DNA of 64,000 nt, taken from the NCBI GenBank assembly GCA_051294375.1, contig CM119266.1:26989690-27053689 (forward strand), written 5' to 3'. The notes under the pieces are model-generated. The model did not search any database. It saw nothing but the letters and a program-made list of their open reading frames with translations, and was not told the DNA's origin. Both the position numbers and the translations under genes were made by a program. How positions within the stretch are numbered: the first letter of the stretch is position 1; the number at the start of each line of letters is the position of its first letter. The stretch is from Paraspadella gotoi. Lineage: Eukaryota; Animalia; Chaetognatha. Shown here piece by piece: positions 12,301 through 24,700 of this stretch.

Positions 12301-14264
12301 CAGAATTGAACTAAAACCGACCATGACAATCAAAGGCGAACACCCTATAACACCCGAATGCGGTCGACGAATTGCGGCAAACAAACGTCAAAAGTGCGGA
12401 AAACAATTTTTTTTCAAAACGGCGGCGTCGTCGTCGTCGTCTTCCGAACGATTTACTTTTTTCTCTCCCCATTTAATTTCTATAGAATTTTTCCTTATTT
12501 TTTCTATTCTTTTTTTTTCGTTTCTGTCTACCATTTCAGTTTAAAATTTTCCTTTTTTAAATTTTCTTTATCTAGTATTTTACTTATATTTTTTTCTTCC
12601 TTTTTCCTTTTTATTCATTTTTCTTTCTCGAAAGTCGAAAAAGAGGGCGATTCCACGACAGAGACAACGACGACAACAATTATTCGAAAAATAACAAATA
12701 AAACAAATAAAATATTTTTTTTCTCGTATTCCATTTTTTTCGAAGGCCGGGACATCGTTAGGAGGGAGAGAGCGTGAGGGAGCAGGAGATGGTGAGGGAG
12801 AACGAGAGAGAACGAGAGAGAACGAGAGAGAGCGAGAGAGAGCGAGAGAGAGCGACCGAGAGCGAACGAGATTAAACAAGAACAGAAGAGAACTGAGGCG
12901 CCTTTTCATCTTTCCTTAATATTCCCAACGCCCATCCCTCATCGGCACCTGTCAAGCGGCGGGAGGTTGTTGATTTCCAGGTGCAGGAGACGATTGACGT
13001 CCGTTCTCTGCAGCGAATCGGGATTCACGCGTAGGGAGATGCACTGGTTCTTGTTGTAAGGCAGCCAATGGAGTTCAGCGTCGGCGTTGGCGCATTCTGA
13101 CCGGCGAGAGCATCTGGAAAGGGAAAGAAATGATTGTTTTGATTGATTGATTGATTGATTAGATTTGGTGCATTCAGACCGGCAGGGACATTTGAAACTT
13201 CAAGAATGGGATGTTTCCTGTGATAGAATTTATTGGTTTGATTGATGGTGATTGATTGAATTCATTTATTCATAGAATTGGATGATTGATTTGATTTGAT
13301 TTATGGTTTGTAAAAATGAATCATTCGGACAAGTAACGGTCCCTCGGCGGAACTAGAAAAACTTTCGTTTTCATCATTAACGATTACAATAGATTACAAT
13401 ATTACCGACACAATGGCGTAAACAGAACGAATCCCCGCGTTACGGTCTTTACTGCCGCCCATGTGTTTTATTACTCCGCGCTCTCAAAAGAATAACTCAT
13501 TAAGTGACAAGGGAAATAGTTGGATTCCGGAGAGAGAAAGAAAGAGGAAAACTCTAGATAGCGCGCTCTCTCTCGTGCTCTCTCACTCACTCTCGTTCTT
13601 ATCTCTCGAGAGCGTAAAAACGCGTTTTGGTCGTTAGAATTAATGATTTGTAAAAATAATGAACAAAGGTAAGAGCGAAAAAAAAAGAAAAAGCGGAAAA
13701 GAATAATAACAGGCATGGAAAAAAGTGGCTTCCTTTGCGCGCCTTTCCTTCGGAGCGAGAGAGAGAGAGNNNNNNNNNNAGAGAGAGAAAGAGAGACCTC
13801 CGGCGGAGAAGCGAAGAGAATAAATGTTAAAATTAACACAAAGCCGAACAAAAGGGAAACTGAGGGCGAAGTAGGTTGGAAGGGGAGGGGAAAGGGGTGA
13901 TGGGAGCGGGATCGGTGAGAGAGAAAGAAAAAGAGAGAGAAAAAATATTTGAATCGGAACAACAAAGTGAACAAGTGGAACAAAGAATCAAAAGCGAGAG
14001 CATATAGAGAGTGAAAAGAGGAAAAGAAGCGGCCGAGAAGAAGAGGGAGAAAGGGAGAGGGGGGGAAAGAGAGGGAGAAGGAGAGAGGAAGAGAGGGGGG
14101 GGAGAGAAAGAAATCAAGAAAGATGAAGAGAAAGAACAAAAGAAAAAAAACGATCGCGCTGACAACAACAACATCAAGAACAACAACAACAAAATACAAT
14201 TCGTCAGGAGAAACGAATCCTGTGATTGTCGTTGTTGTTGTTAGGTTTTTTCTCACTTCGCTTT

Positions 14265-14306
<42 letters not shown>

Positions 14307-16405
14307 ACACTTCTAACATCCATTATCATTGTCATTCGTTTAACCGGCTCTCGTCCTCTCTTTTCATGTAAGAGCACATGACTGTCATATCCCCGTTTTT
14401 TATGCGCCGCCGCCGCCGCCAGCGCCGCCAGCGACGCCTCCGCCGCCGCCGCCGCCGCCGCTTCAGCGGACGCCTCCTCCTCCCTGATTTTTTTTCTTGA
14501 TTTATTTTTCTCGCGTTTTACTTCATTTTTCTCTTTTTTGTTTTTCTTTTATTTTTCTTTGAGCAGAAATTTAAAAATTGTGTTTTTTTTTGCCTTCCGC
14601 ATTTTTTCATTTCTTCATTTTATTTTTTTTTTCCTCCATTGAAATGGAGATTTTATTTGTGTGTGTGTGTGTGTGTGAAAATTATCGCCAAAACCGCATC
14701 TTCTATTGACACAAAAAGGAGAAACAATCTGTTGATTAAAAATGAAAATATTATTTTCCGAAATCGTTCCTAATCACTCAACTTAATCTTAACACAGATA
14801 TCTAACCCTAATCTTTTATCAAATATTAACCTTAAAAACTTAATTTAGTTCTCAATTTAGGCTGAAATGGGTCGCTCTTAGAAAATCAGACCCAAATAGA
14901 CAACGACAAATTAGTCGCCGAGATTGATTTGAAAAGTTCGTCGCTGAAAAATGATAAAAAAACAAAACAAAAACAAAAAACAAAACAAAAACCAAAAACA
15001 TGAAACGAGGAAAAATGATTAGAAAAAAGTTTAACTCGACGGACCAAATATGAAGATTGATTGATCGGTAGTGATTAGCGGTAATTGTGGTCGAGGTACA
15101 GTGTTTACTGTTTAGTGTTTAGCGGCGAACATGACCTATTTAAAAAGATTATGTTCCATTTCCAGCGGAAAGATGGATGCGCGTTCGGGTTCCATCGAAA
15201 AATAGACCAGTCTCATCGAATGTCGAGTCGTTTTATCCTTCGCAATTCACTGACTTCAGCTTCGTCAGTCAACCCCAATTTTGACTAAATCACGAATTCG
15301 GGCAACTCATCGATGGAGTCTGCAATCATTGAGCCAATCAGCTGCCAATCAATAATCGTTTAAACTCAATCAATAATACAAAATGTGATTAAAGGTCAAA
15401 GAATATTCAACGTTGAAAAATTAAGGATAAGACAGAGATAGATAGAGTGAGACAGAAAGCGTGTGAGAGAGAGTGCATGGCACTATTATCCAAGAAAAAA
15501 AACTTTTTAGCCATTAATGGCACGAGAAAAAAAGTAGAACCCATAATGGTTCCGCGTTTTCCACCGCTTTTTTTCCTCCCCTCGCTCCCCCCCCGGCGAC
15601 TCCCACTCTATCTTGTCGCGCATTCAGTTTTCCTCTTAAAAAATAGAGAGCGTCCAATCTGTCACGGGGATCGAGGTGATGGAAGAGCATTTTTGACGAA
15701 GAGGAAAGGGTGAGGAGGAGCTTGTGAAGTGAGTGGTGAAGTGGGTGGCGTGGGGAGGTGAGTGGTAAAAAATGAGCAAATCACTGATGGCTAATATTAT
15801 TGTTAATTTCCGTTAACATAATTTCACTTTCTCTTTTTTCGATATTTTAAAAGTAATTCCTCGGCTTTTTCCCGCCATTTTTTTCGTTTCTCCTACTTTT
15901 TTTCCCCCTTTCAATCGTTTTCCCTTTTGTTTCCGCCCCCTTCGCTTCGGTTTTCTTTTCGCTCGTTGTCCTTTTGTTTCGCTCGCAACGCTTCACCTGT
16001 TTTCCATGGAGCACCATCCGCAGTAGGGGTCTCTCGCTCCGGTGCATTCGTCGCAAGTCGAGTACTCTGAGCAATCCGTCACCGCGATTCTGAAAAGATA
16101 AACAAACGGAGAGTAAACAAAGGAGCAATAGAAATAGAACAATAGAAATCGATGTAAAAATATATTGAGAAGAATAAAAATGGAGAAAAGAAGAGGAATT
16201 AAAAGGAGGTAGGAAACTTCATGAAAGATGAGTAGAAGGGGGGAAAAAGATATTTTAAAAAAAACATATAATTTTGATTTTATTTTCGGTAGAAAATAAC
16301 TGGAAAACTAATCGTAATTACAGAGCGGAGAGGGAGAGAAAAAAAAATGAAACTCGTGTAAAAAAAGATTAATGAGAAAAAGAGAGAAATGGGAGGAAAA
16401 GGGTG

Positions 16406-16466
<61 letters not shown>

Positions 16467-16596
16467 CATCGTTGAAAGAGAAAAACAGAGTTTGCCTCCA
16501 GACTCCAGTGGTTCTTCCATAAAAAGGGGGAAAAAAAGGAATAATCTTTCCACTTTTCAAATCTCGACCGCGTCTCTGTGTTTGAGTGGAAGTGCC

Positions 16597-16635
<39 letters not shown>

Positions 16636-17806
16636 ATATCGTTGCCATCTTCATTGTTCTCCCTCAGATTTGTCTTTCCATTCTTTCTAAATCAGTTTTT
16701 TTTCCTTCGGAAGAGACAAAGTTGAGAGGTTTTAAAATCTCGGACGAGGACGTTCGCCTTTTAGAAGATGGGGAAAAGTTTATCAGCAAACAAACTTAAT
16801 AACAAAAAATTATAACTAACAGCAGACCCTAACCAACCGAAGTTCCAACAACCATCTCACAAAATGCGCATCTTCATTAGTTCTTCATTTTCTCCTTCTA
16901 CCGACACCCGAGCGTCTTTAACTCACTTGGTTCCCTAGAGCCGACAAGGGACTCCTTTTTCATCCCATTTCTGCCGACAAGGGCCGGCATATTTTCATCT
17001 CAACCTCGAAAAAGAAAAAAAAGAAACTCTTTTCTTTCTTTCACCTTTTTTTTTCTCGTGACATCGGGAAGTGCGATGCTCTCTCTCTCTCGCGCGATAT
17101 AATGAAAAGGGTGAGGCAGAGAACTTTTCCCTACTTATTTTCGTTTTTTGATAGTTTCTCTCACACTCTCTCTTTCGATCGCTCTCTCGCTCTCTATGCC
17201 ACTTTTAAGGCGACGATGGCGACGAAAATAGAAATCGGTTTCCGAGGCGGCGAAAGCAGCGGCGAAAGCAGCGGCGGAAGCAGCGGCGAGGATACAGCGT
17301 TGGGGCGGATGTGGCGAAAAAAGTGCAGGAGATGGCAAAACTGTGTGGGAGTTCTGTGTGCCGTTCAGAGTGTTAAGTCAAAGATTGCCATGAAGATGGT
17401 AAGAAAAGTGGCTGAGATAGTACCGTAGAGCAATGAGGCATGGTGGAGATAAAAGTGGTAACACAGGTGGTAAAGGTGTCGACTAAGGTGGCAGCGAAAA
17501 GATGCGAGAAATTTCTACGAAGTCGATTAATTTTTACTTTTATTTTTATGACGAATTATTTTCGGTGACGCCGTTGGCTTCGCGCTTGCTTTTTTCTTCT
17601 TTACTTTTTTATTTATAATTTTTTTTACACCTTCATTTTTCGCCTTCGCTTTTGCCTTCGCTTTTGCCTTCGCTTTTGCTTTCGCCTTCGCTTTCGCCTT
17701 CGCCTTCGTCTTTGCTTTCGCTTTCGTCTTCGCTTTCGTCTTCGTCTTCGCCCACGCGTCGAAAATTTGTCAAAACTCGACGATGGAGACGATAAAAATT
17801 GGTGGC

Positions 17807-17856
<50 letters not shown>

Positions 17857-18986
17857 CGCTTTTAGCCCCGATTCCCAGAAGCGCCATCACTTTTCTTATT
17901 CGATATTCGTCTCCATCTCGCGATTTTTTCTTATTTTCTTAAATCGCTTCTTCTCTTTTTCTCTTTTTGTTCGCTTCTTCTCTTTTTCTCGAAAACGAAA
18001 AAGAAATTCGTCATCTAACATTTTTTTTCCAAGAAAAATTGAACCACCTTTTTTAAAATTTTATTTATTTTTGTTTTTTTCATACTTAATCTTTTTTTTT
18101 TATTTACAGTATTTTGATTTATTTTTCCAGGCATTTCGAAAACTGGTCGCTGTCACAAAACAACAAACCACACCATACAAAATCACACTCAAAACCGCAC
18201 ACAACTACCACATAAGACAACGAAAGAACTCACATTCAACCAAAAAAAGACCTGACCCTTTTACAAAAGACCCTCTAACAACAGATAATCTATTCGAAAA
18301 GCGCATACCCTGTCACAACTTACCCACACTCTCTCCCACACTCCTACCCCCACACTCCAACCCCCACTTCCTTCCCACACTCCTACCCCAAAAACGATCC
18401 CCACTTCCCACCCACACGACTCACTTATCGAGCTGATGTTCGGACATGACGTAAACGAACTCCCTCCTGGCGTCCATCGCCATCTCGGGCAGAATCCGGG
18501 ATCCCTCGTGGAGGCTGATCACGTCGTACTCCACGGCGAGCGAACGCGCTTCCACCACCAACTTGCGGAGGCGACCGTCGTCGGTGCCTGTTTTTTTTTG
18601 GGGGGGGTGGGTGGGGGTGGTTAATATGGGTGGCGAAAGGGAAGAGGGGGAGGAAGAGGGAAAATACAAAGAAGATGAAAAGAAGAACGCTAAATAAAGG
18701 AACATTTGAAATAAAAACAATTAATTAGCTAGGTGTGCAAAATTAATTGTATTTAAATATTAGAATTTCAAAAATTATTTTCTCTGTTTTTTTTTATGTC
18801 TCTATCTCTATCTCAGTTTATCTAGTCAGGATGAATGCCTCAATTCTTAGAATTAAATACAATGAGGTAATGTAATGTAGTTTTATTTTGGGCCGAAAGC
18901 CCCATTGAATAAATTCAAATTATAATCGGTGATCCTTAACCCTTTCCTTCAACTCCCTATTTTGCCCTCTCTTTCCTTTCTTATTT

Positions 18987-19034
<48 letters not shown>

Positions 19035-21087
19035 CGCAATACAACATATTTTAAACTCACCCAAAAAGACGGTCGTATAGTTCCCGGTGGTGGAGGCGAC
19101 GACGGAGGTAAGGTTCACGTCTTGGTAAGAGACTGCGGCCGTCTCGGCCAACGCGTCCGTCAGACCCAAGGGTGAGTTGAGGCCGACGGTGTCGCCGCAG
19201 AAGGAGTCCGTGATGTTGGTCTCCATCTGAGTGCAAGGCCTGGCGGTGGAGGGGGGGGCAGGGGGGAAAGGAAAAAGTTAAGAAAGGGGGAAGGAGGAAA
19301 TTTGGCACGAAATGGTTTGGAATAAGATATTCAATTGAAACAGTTTGAAATAATATTTTAGTCACCCTTCATTCTCAGGAAAGGCTGGGTGCTCGGATAA
19401 ACTTGATTGTGAGATCGTGTGGACGCAACAATAGCAGAATTAAGCAGGACCCTTTTCAATTATGACTTTGTTATCATCTTGTGAGAGGGATGAAGTCTAA
19501 ACCCAACATAGGCCTTCCAAAGTCTTCCTTCCTTCGATATTCTTTTTCTCCCCTTTCTTTTCCCCATTTCTTCACAAAATATATATATATATATATGTAT
19601 ATTATATATATAGTATTAATGTTAAAGGTTTAATGTTCTCTCTCTCTCTCTCCCTTCAACGCACTCACATGATCTTCCCGTTAAAATCCAGCCCAGACAT
19701 GCCCTTCCCCTCGGAGAAGCACTTTTTGATCCCGTTTCGAAATGCCCGCCGGACGGACTTGAGTGAGAAGACGCAGAGCGCCGACTTGGAGGTGGGGACG
19801 TCGTTGAAGGGCGCCGTTTGGCCGACGGAGAAGACGCCGTAAAGGACGGCGCCGTCTTTGTCTGTCAATTTGTGTGTGGGGGGACAGATGGATGGAGTTC
19901 GCGTTTAAAATTTAAATCGGAATTGGGTTCAAGTATTTTAATTAATCAATTTTTTTTTCGTACCGTTGTGAAAAATTAAACTAGTCAATACTAAGTACGT
20001 CACTAACCGCGATCTCATTGTTATCTAACTGACTTCGTATTCGGCTAAGAACGGCGAAAGTCAGATGTAATGGACAAATTACTCATTTGTAGTAAATCGT
20101 TTGTAAAAGTTTCGTAACGCTAGACAAAGTTCAGTAGTAAAAGAGTAAGGGGAAATCCTTTCATTTTGGCCGTGGATTAAAATTTCTTCTAACGAATCAA
20201 CCACCTGCGTTCCGATAAGAGAGTTTTTAATCCGATTAATCAGTATTTTCTTTTCTAATTTTCTTTTTTTTTTGTTACTTTTAAACATTTTTTGTCATTT
20301 TTTTCCCTCGCTGTCAAAGTGAGAGAGAAATTTACGATTTCAATAATTCGATTTTTGAATGAGAAGAGTGGGAACGGAATTTTGGTACAAGGAGCGATGA
20401 CGCCAAAGACGACGACGACGACGACGATGCTAACGACGACGATGCTGACGCCGCCACATTAGTCACAAATTCATTATGGAATCATTTCGGAAATGAGTTG
20501 AGCTGGCGGCGAAGAATCCCGGCTCTCACTCTCTTTCTCTCTCCCTCATGACGCCAGACGCTTCTAGCTTGACGCCAACCCAACGCCAACAAGCGGCGGC
20601 GATTTCGTTCGTAAATTCATTGGAGGCGGCGGCAGCGACGGCAGCGGCGGCAGCGGCGGCAGCGGCGGCAGCGGCGGCGGCGAGCAGGTGTGAAAGATTA
20701 TTTGCTTCGTTTTCCTTCTCATTCTTAATGGATTAAAGATAAATGACAGGGAATCGCATTCGCCCTCTCCAGGTAGAAAACAAAATTAATTACATTTTTC
20801 TTCGGCGCCTTTTTTTTCTCTCTCAGCTGAAATATTTACGAATGTTTTTTTTTTCTACTCAGAAAAAGTATTTTTCTCGCTCGAAAGACAGGGGAAGAGG
20901 GGGGGGGGCTAACCAAAAAATACGATACAAGTTTTTTCTTACGATGAATGTCTCTCTCACACATAAAACACGCTCACGCAGCGAATTTGGAGAAATCGTG
21001 CGACGGAGATTGGCACCGCGGCCTTTGGAATATTTGCGGATCGGCGCCGCAAAGACTGGAAGCGGAATCCGAACAACTTTGTGCGAG

Positions 21088-21120
<33 letters not shown>

Positions 21121-21615
21121 GCAAGATTTGATCGTCGATCGATATTTTTTTTTCGATCTTTTTTTTCCTAATTTTCCCTCGACTTCGATTCCATTCAGAG
21201 TAAATTATTTTGCTTGCATTCTAGGCAATCTCTTTTTTTCTTCTTAGACAAGCTTCCACCCTTCAGACTTCACGCTTTATTTTCGCCTCGAAAATTCTCC
21301 CTCTCCCACGCATGCTTGCTTCCCAAAAAAAGTGTGCTTGCTTTTCTCTACCACCGGTCCCCTCCCGCGACGCTTTGCTTGGTTCGAAGAATGTTAAATG
21401 ATCCGAGGTTCATCGGGACAAACAAAACATAAAAGGAGGGGGGGTGGATTAGAAAAAAGGGGGAAAAAGGAAAATAAGGGAAAAACAGAAAGAAAATAAA
21501 AAACTTATTAAAAAAAAAAGCCTCGTTTTATTTTCTTTAATCAACTTCGCAGGGAATCGTCGATGCGTGAGGGATAATTGTTTCGAGTTAGAGATGGAAC
21601 GCCTCCCAGACGTTT

Positions 21616-21653
<38 letters not shown>

Positions 21654-21727
21654 TAAACCAGCAGTCTAGCTTTTTATAATTTTTTTTTCAATTCACAATC
21701 TTTTGCGTACTCGCTTCTTTCTTTCTT

Positions 21728-21772
<45 letters not shown>

Positions 21773-24700
21773 CTCAGATGCTCTCTTTTTCCCTCCAAAG
21801 AAACTCGCTCGACCGTAATTTCGAATTAGTCGGCGAGTATTTATTTAATCGCTAAAAATCGCTTCGCTTCTTCGGGGATACGCCCCCCAACAGGACGGGC
21901 CTGAGCGGGCAAGGCCTGTCGGGCTTGCCCACCGGGGTAGGGCGGTAAACTGAAAAAGAGTATCTCCCCCATCTCGCGATTTTATTTGTCTTAAATGACA
22001 ATTTTGAACATTGCATTGTTCACTGTTCAGGGCATTTCAACTTCACTAATTTACTAATATTGAGTATCAAAACCCACTAGTAGCAGAAAGTGCAATAGAA
22101 ACCAATGTTTTTAATTTTTTTTGAATTAAATGTGAAAAAAAAACAGGTTTGTTTTTTGTCACATGCCTAGCTCGATTAATGAAAAGCTTTCTCAGTAACT
22201 TATCCACATTTTGACGACAGACTACCTCTCAACTTCGACATTTAAATGATTTACTTACGAGATTACTAGATATCTCCAAAATCTATTCCGATCTAAAATA
22301 ACGCCATCAACCTCTCCATTACCCACCTTACCTCGCCACCCCATTCCCCCACCCATAAACTCACCCGGATCAATCCGAAGCGACGAGGCCAAGTCGTGAC
22401 CGGCCTTTCCAAAGTAGGCCGCCTGCAGGACGTTGTAGTTGGCGCCCGAGTTTCCGCAGACGAGCGGGAGCTCCGTGTAGGAGTGATACTCCTTGTCCGA
22501 CTGACAGACGCGGACCAACCGGGTCACGTAGTTGTTCGACGAGAGACCCTCGCGCTGATTGGGGGTGAGAAAGGAGATCGGGGGAGCGGGAGGGGTGGAG
22601 GGGTGGAGGGGGGGAGAAGAAGAAAAAGGATATCCATTATCTGGTGAAGTTTACATCTCAGCCTTTCCACGCCTTTTTTCCTTTTTTTTCTTTCTTTTTT
22701 TTCTTTTTTTCTCGCTCCCCTTTATTTCTTTTCTTTTGTCTTTCTCGTGCCGGTGAACAGAGTTTTCAACGCATTCGGCTTTTCCCTCGGTTTTTTTTCT
22801 CCTCTGTTTCTTTTCGGTTTTTTTCTGTTTTTTTTTTTCAGGTTCTCGAGCGAGCGTGAAGTTTGAACTGAGGGAAGAATCGAATTGGAAAAATCAACCG
22901 TCGGATAATTTTTATATTTTATAATTTTTCTATTTATAGCGATATCTTAAAGCGTATCTTAAAGCGTATCTTAAACTTTAAGAGTTAAAGTGAATTGAGT
23001 CAGGATAAATGATAAGAGAAGAGAGAGGTAGGGATGTAAGATTTTTTATGGTCGTCGATAGAAGTAGCGAAATTTTTTTTTTACGCTGAAATCGCTCAAT
23101 ATCCTTTCGACCCGTTTGTTTAACCAGCTAAAATGTTCCCATTTTAAATCCTCATTTCTTTAATTCATAACTGACCGCAAGTAATAAATATAAAAATTAA
23201 TTAATAATCTAATAATGTAAGCGTAGACCTAAAAAGAAAACTAATAGAGATGCAAAGACGCATCAGGAAAGAGAGGAGAAAAAAAAGGCGATGAATCACG
23301 ACGAAAATGAAGACTCTCAGAGGCGACGTCACCCCGCGGCGAAAAGAGAAAGGTGAGGGGCGAAGGTCCTGATTTGAGGTAAGGTGGCATGACCGCAAAG
23401 GTAAGGGTTATAAGACTTTAGGTTATGCGGAGGAACCACAGAAAAGCTAAATATAGCATTTAAAGGCAAGTGTATAAATTGGTCTATGAAGACAACAGAT
23501 CGGCGCAATAGGTTTTATGGCTAAAGTTTGACGTCTCGAAAGGTGAAGACGTAACGACGACGACGACGACGACGGCGACTTTTATTAAAAAAATGCGCGA
23601 ACCCCGACTGGCGAACCTGGCCGCGATTGATTCATTGCGCAAAAGTTGAGCGGTGCATGAAGGTCAGGAGAGAGCCCCGCTGAAAGGTAAGGTTTTGCGT
23701 GAGGTTGGAGAAAAGAGGAGGATGATAAAAAATTGGTGATGACAGAAAGGGTTGGTTGGTGGCGGGAGTGGAAAGCGTGGGGTGTTGTCAAGGGTCGGAA
23801 GGTTGAAAACGATGGCAAGGGTGAAAAGATTAAGATGGTGGGCGTGGTGTGGGATGATGAGAGTCGAGGGTGCAGCACCGTAGGTGTGGACTGTGGAGTT
23901 GTCGTCGCGAGAAGCAGTCTCAAGTCGATACATGAATGTCAGGGTCGGCGCGAGGGTCATCCGCGTCACATTCTCGTGTCGGCAGGGCGAGTGTGAGATG
24001 AGGAGAGATGAAACGCGCTCACGTCGCGGGAGAACGAAGGATAGGGTGAGGTCAGACTCTGAACCCACCCCTAATTTCAATGAGGAAGCGCTCGTCTCTT
24101 TTTTTTCTCTCTCNNNNNNNNNNTCTCTCTCTCTCCACCTATGATTTATGGTCCGGTGATTAATGATCAAGAGGTGTGGTTATTTTATGATCCTCCCGTC
24201 AACGGGTTATGAGGCCGGCGCCGATGACAAACCGTCGCTAAGCGACGCGAAAGATAAACATTTCGAGAGAGAGAGAGAGAGTGGAAAAAATAGTTTTGTG
24301 AGTAAAAGATGAGTGGAAAGAGGGAAGGCGGCCAGGGAGGGGGGGGGCGCCTAGGAAAAGACAAAAAGCGGGCGGAGATTTATTCCGGGCGACAACAAAA
24401 AGAAATCGATTCTGAAAGGAGAGTTCCGAGTGGGAAGAATAATGTTGTTGTCAAAAATCGTTTGTCAAATCGACATATTTGAAAATTGCCGCCCGACAAA
24501 CACCCGACAATGAAGAGACTATGGCCCGACAAACGGCCCATCTATCGCCCGACAATCTCCGAACAATCGCCGAACAATCTCTCCAATGACGACCCGTCGC
24601 AAGGTATGACAGGGTGGTAAGATGAAAGAACAAAAGAGCACAAATGACTGAACAACAACAAAAGGAGAAAAAACAAAAGATACCGACATTAATCACTGGA

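Larger units (their letters stand above)
9275..13567 (-). repeat. Right arm of the inverted duplication, carrying intact exons J and K
   Basis: Reverse-complement match to 1022-5460; bounded by (TC)n tracts. Confidence 0.95.

Noticed and set aside
23664-24170. 168 aa minus-strand ORF with ordinary composition
   Set aside because: Crosses an N gap, has no recognisable domain and no matching splice sites; plexin exons D and E join without it.
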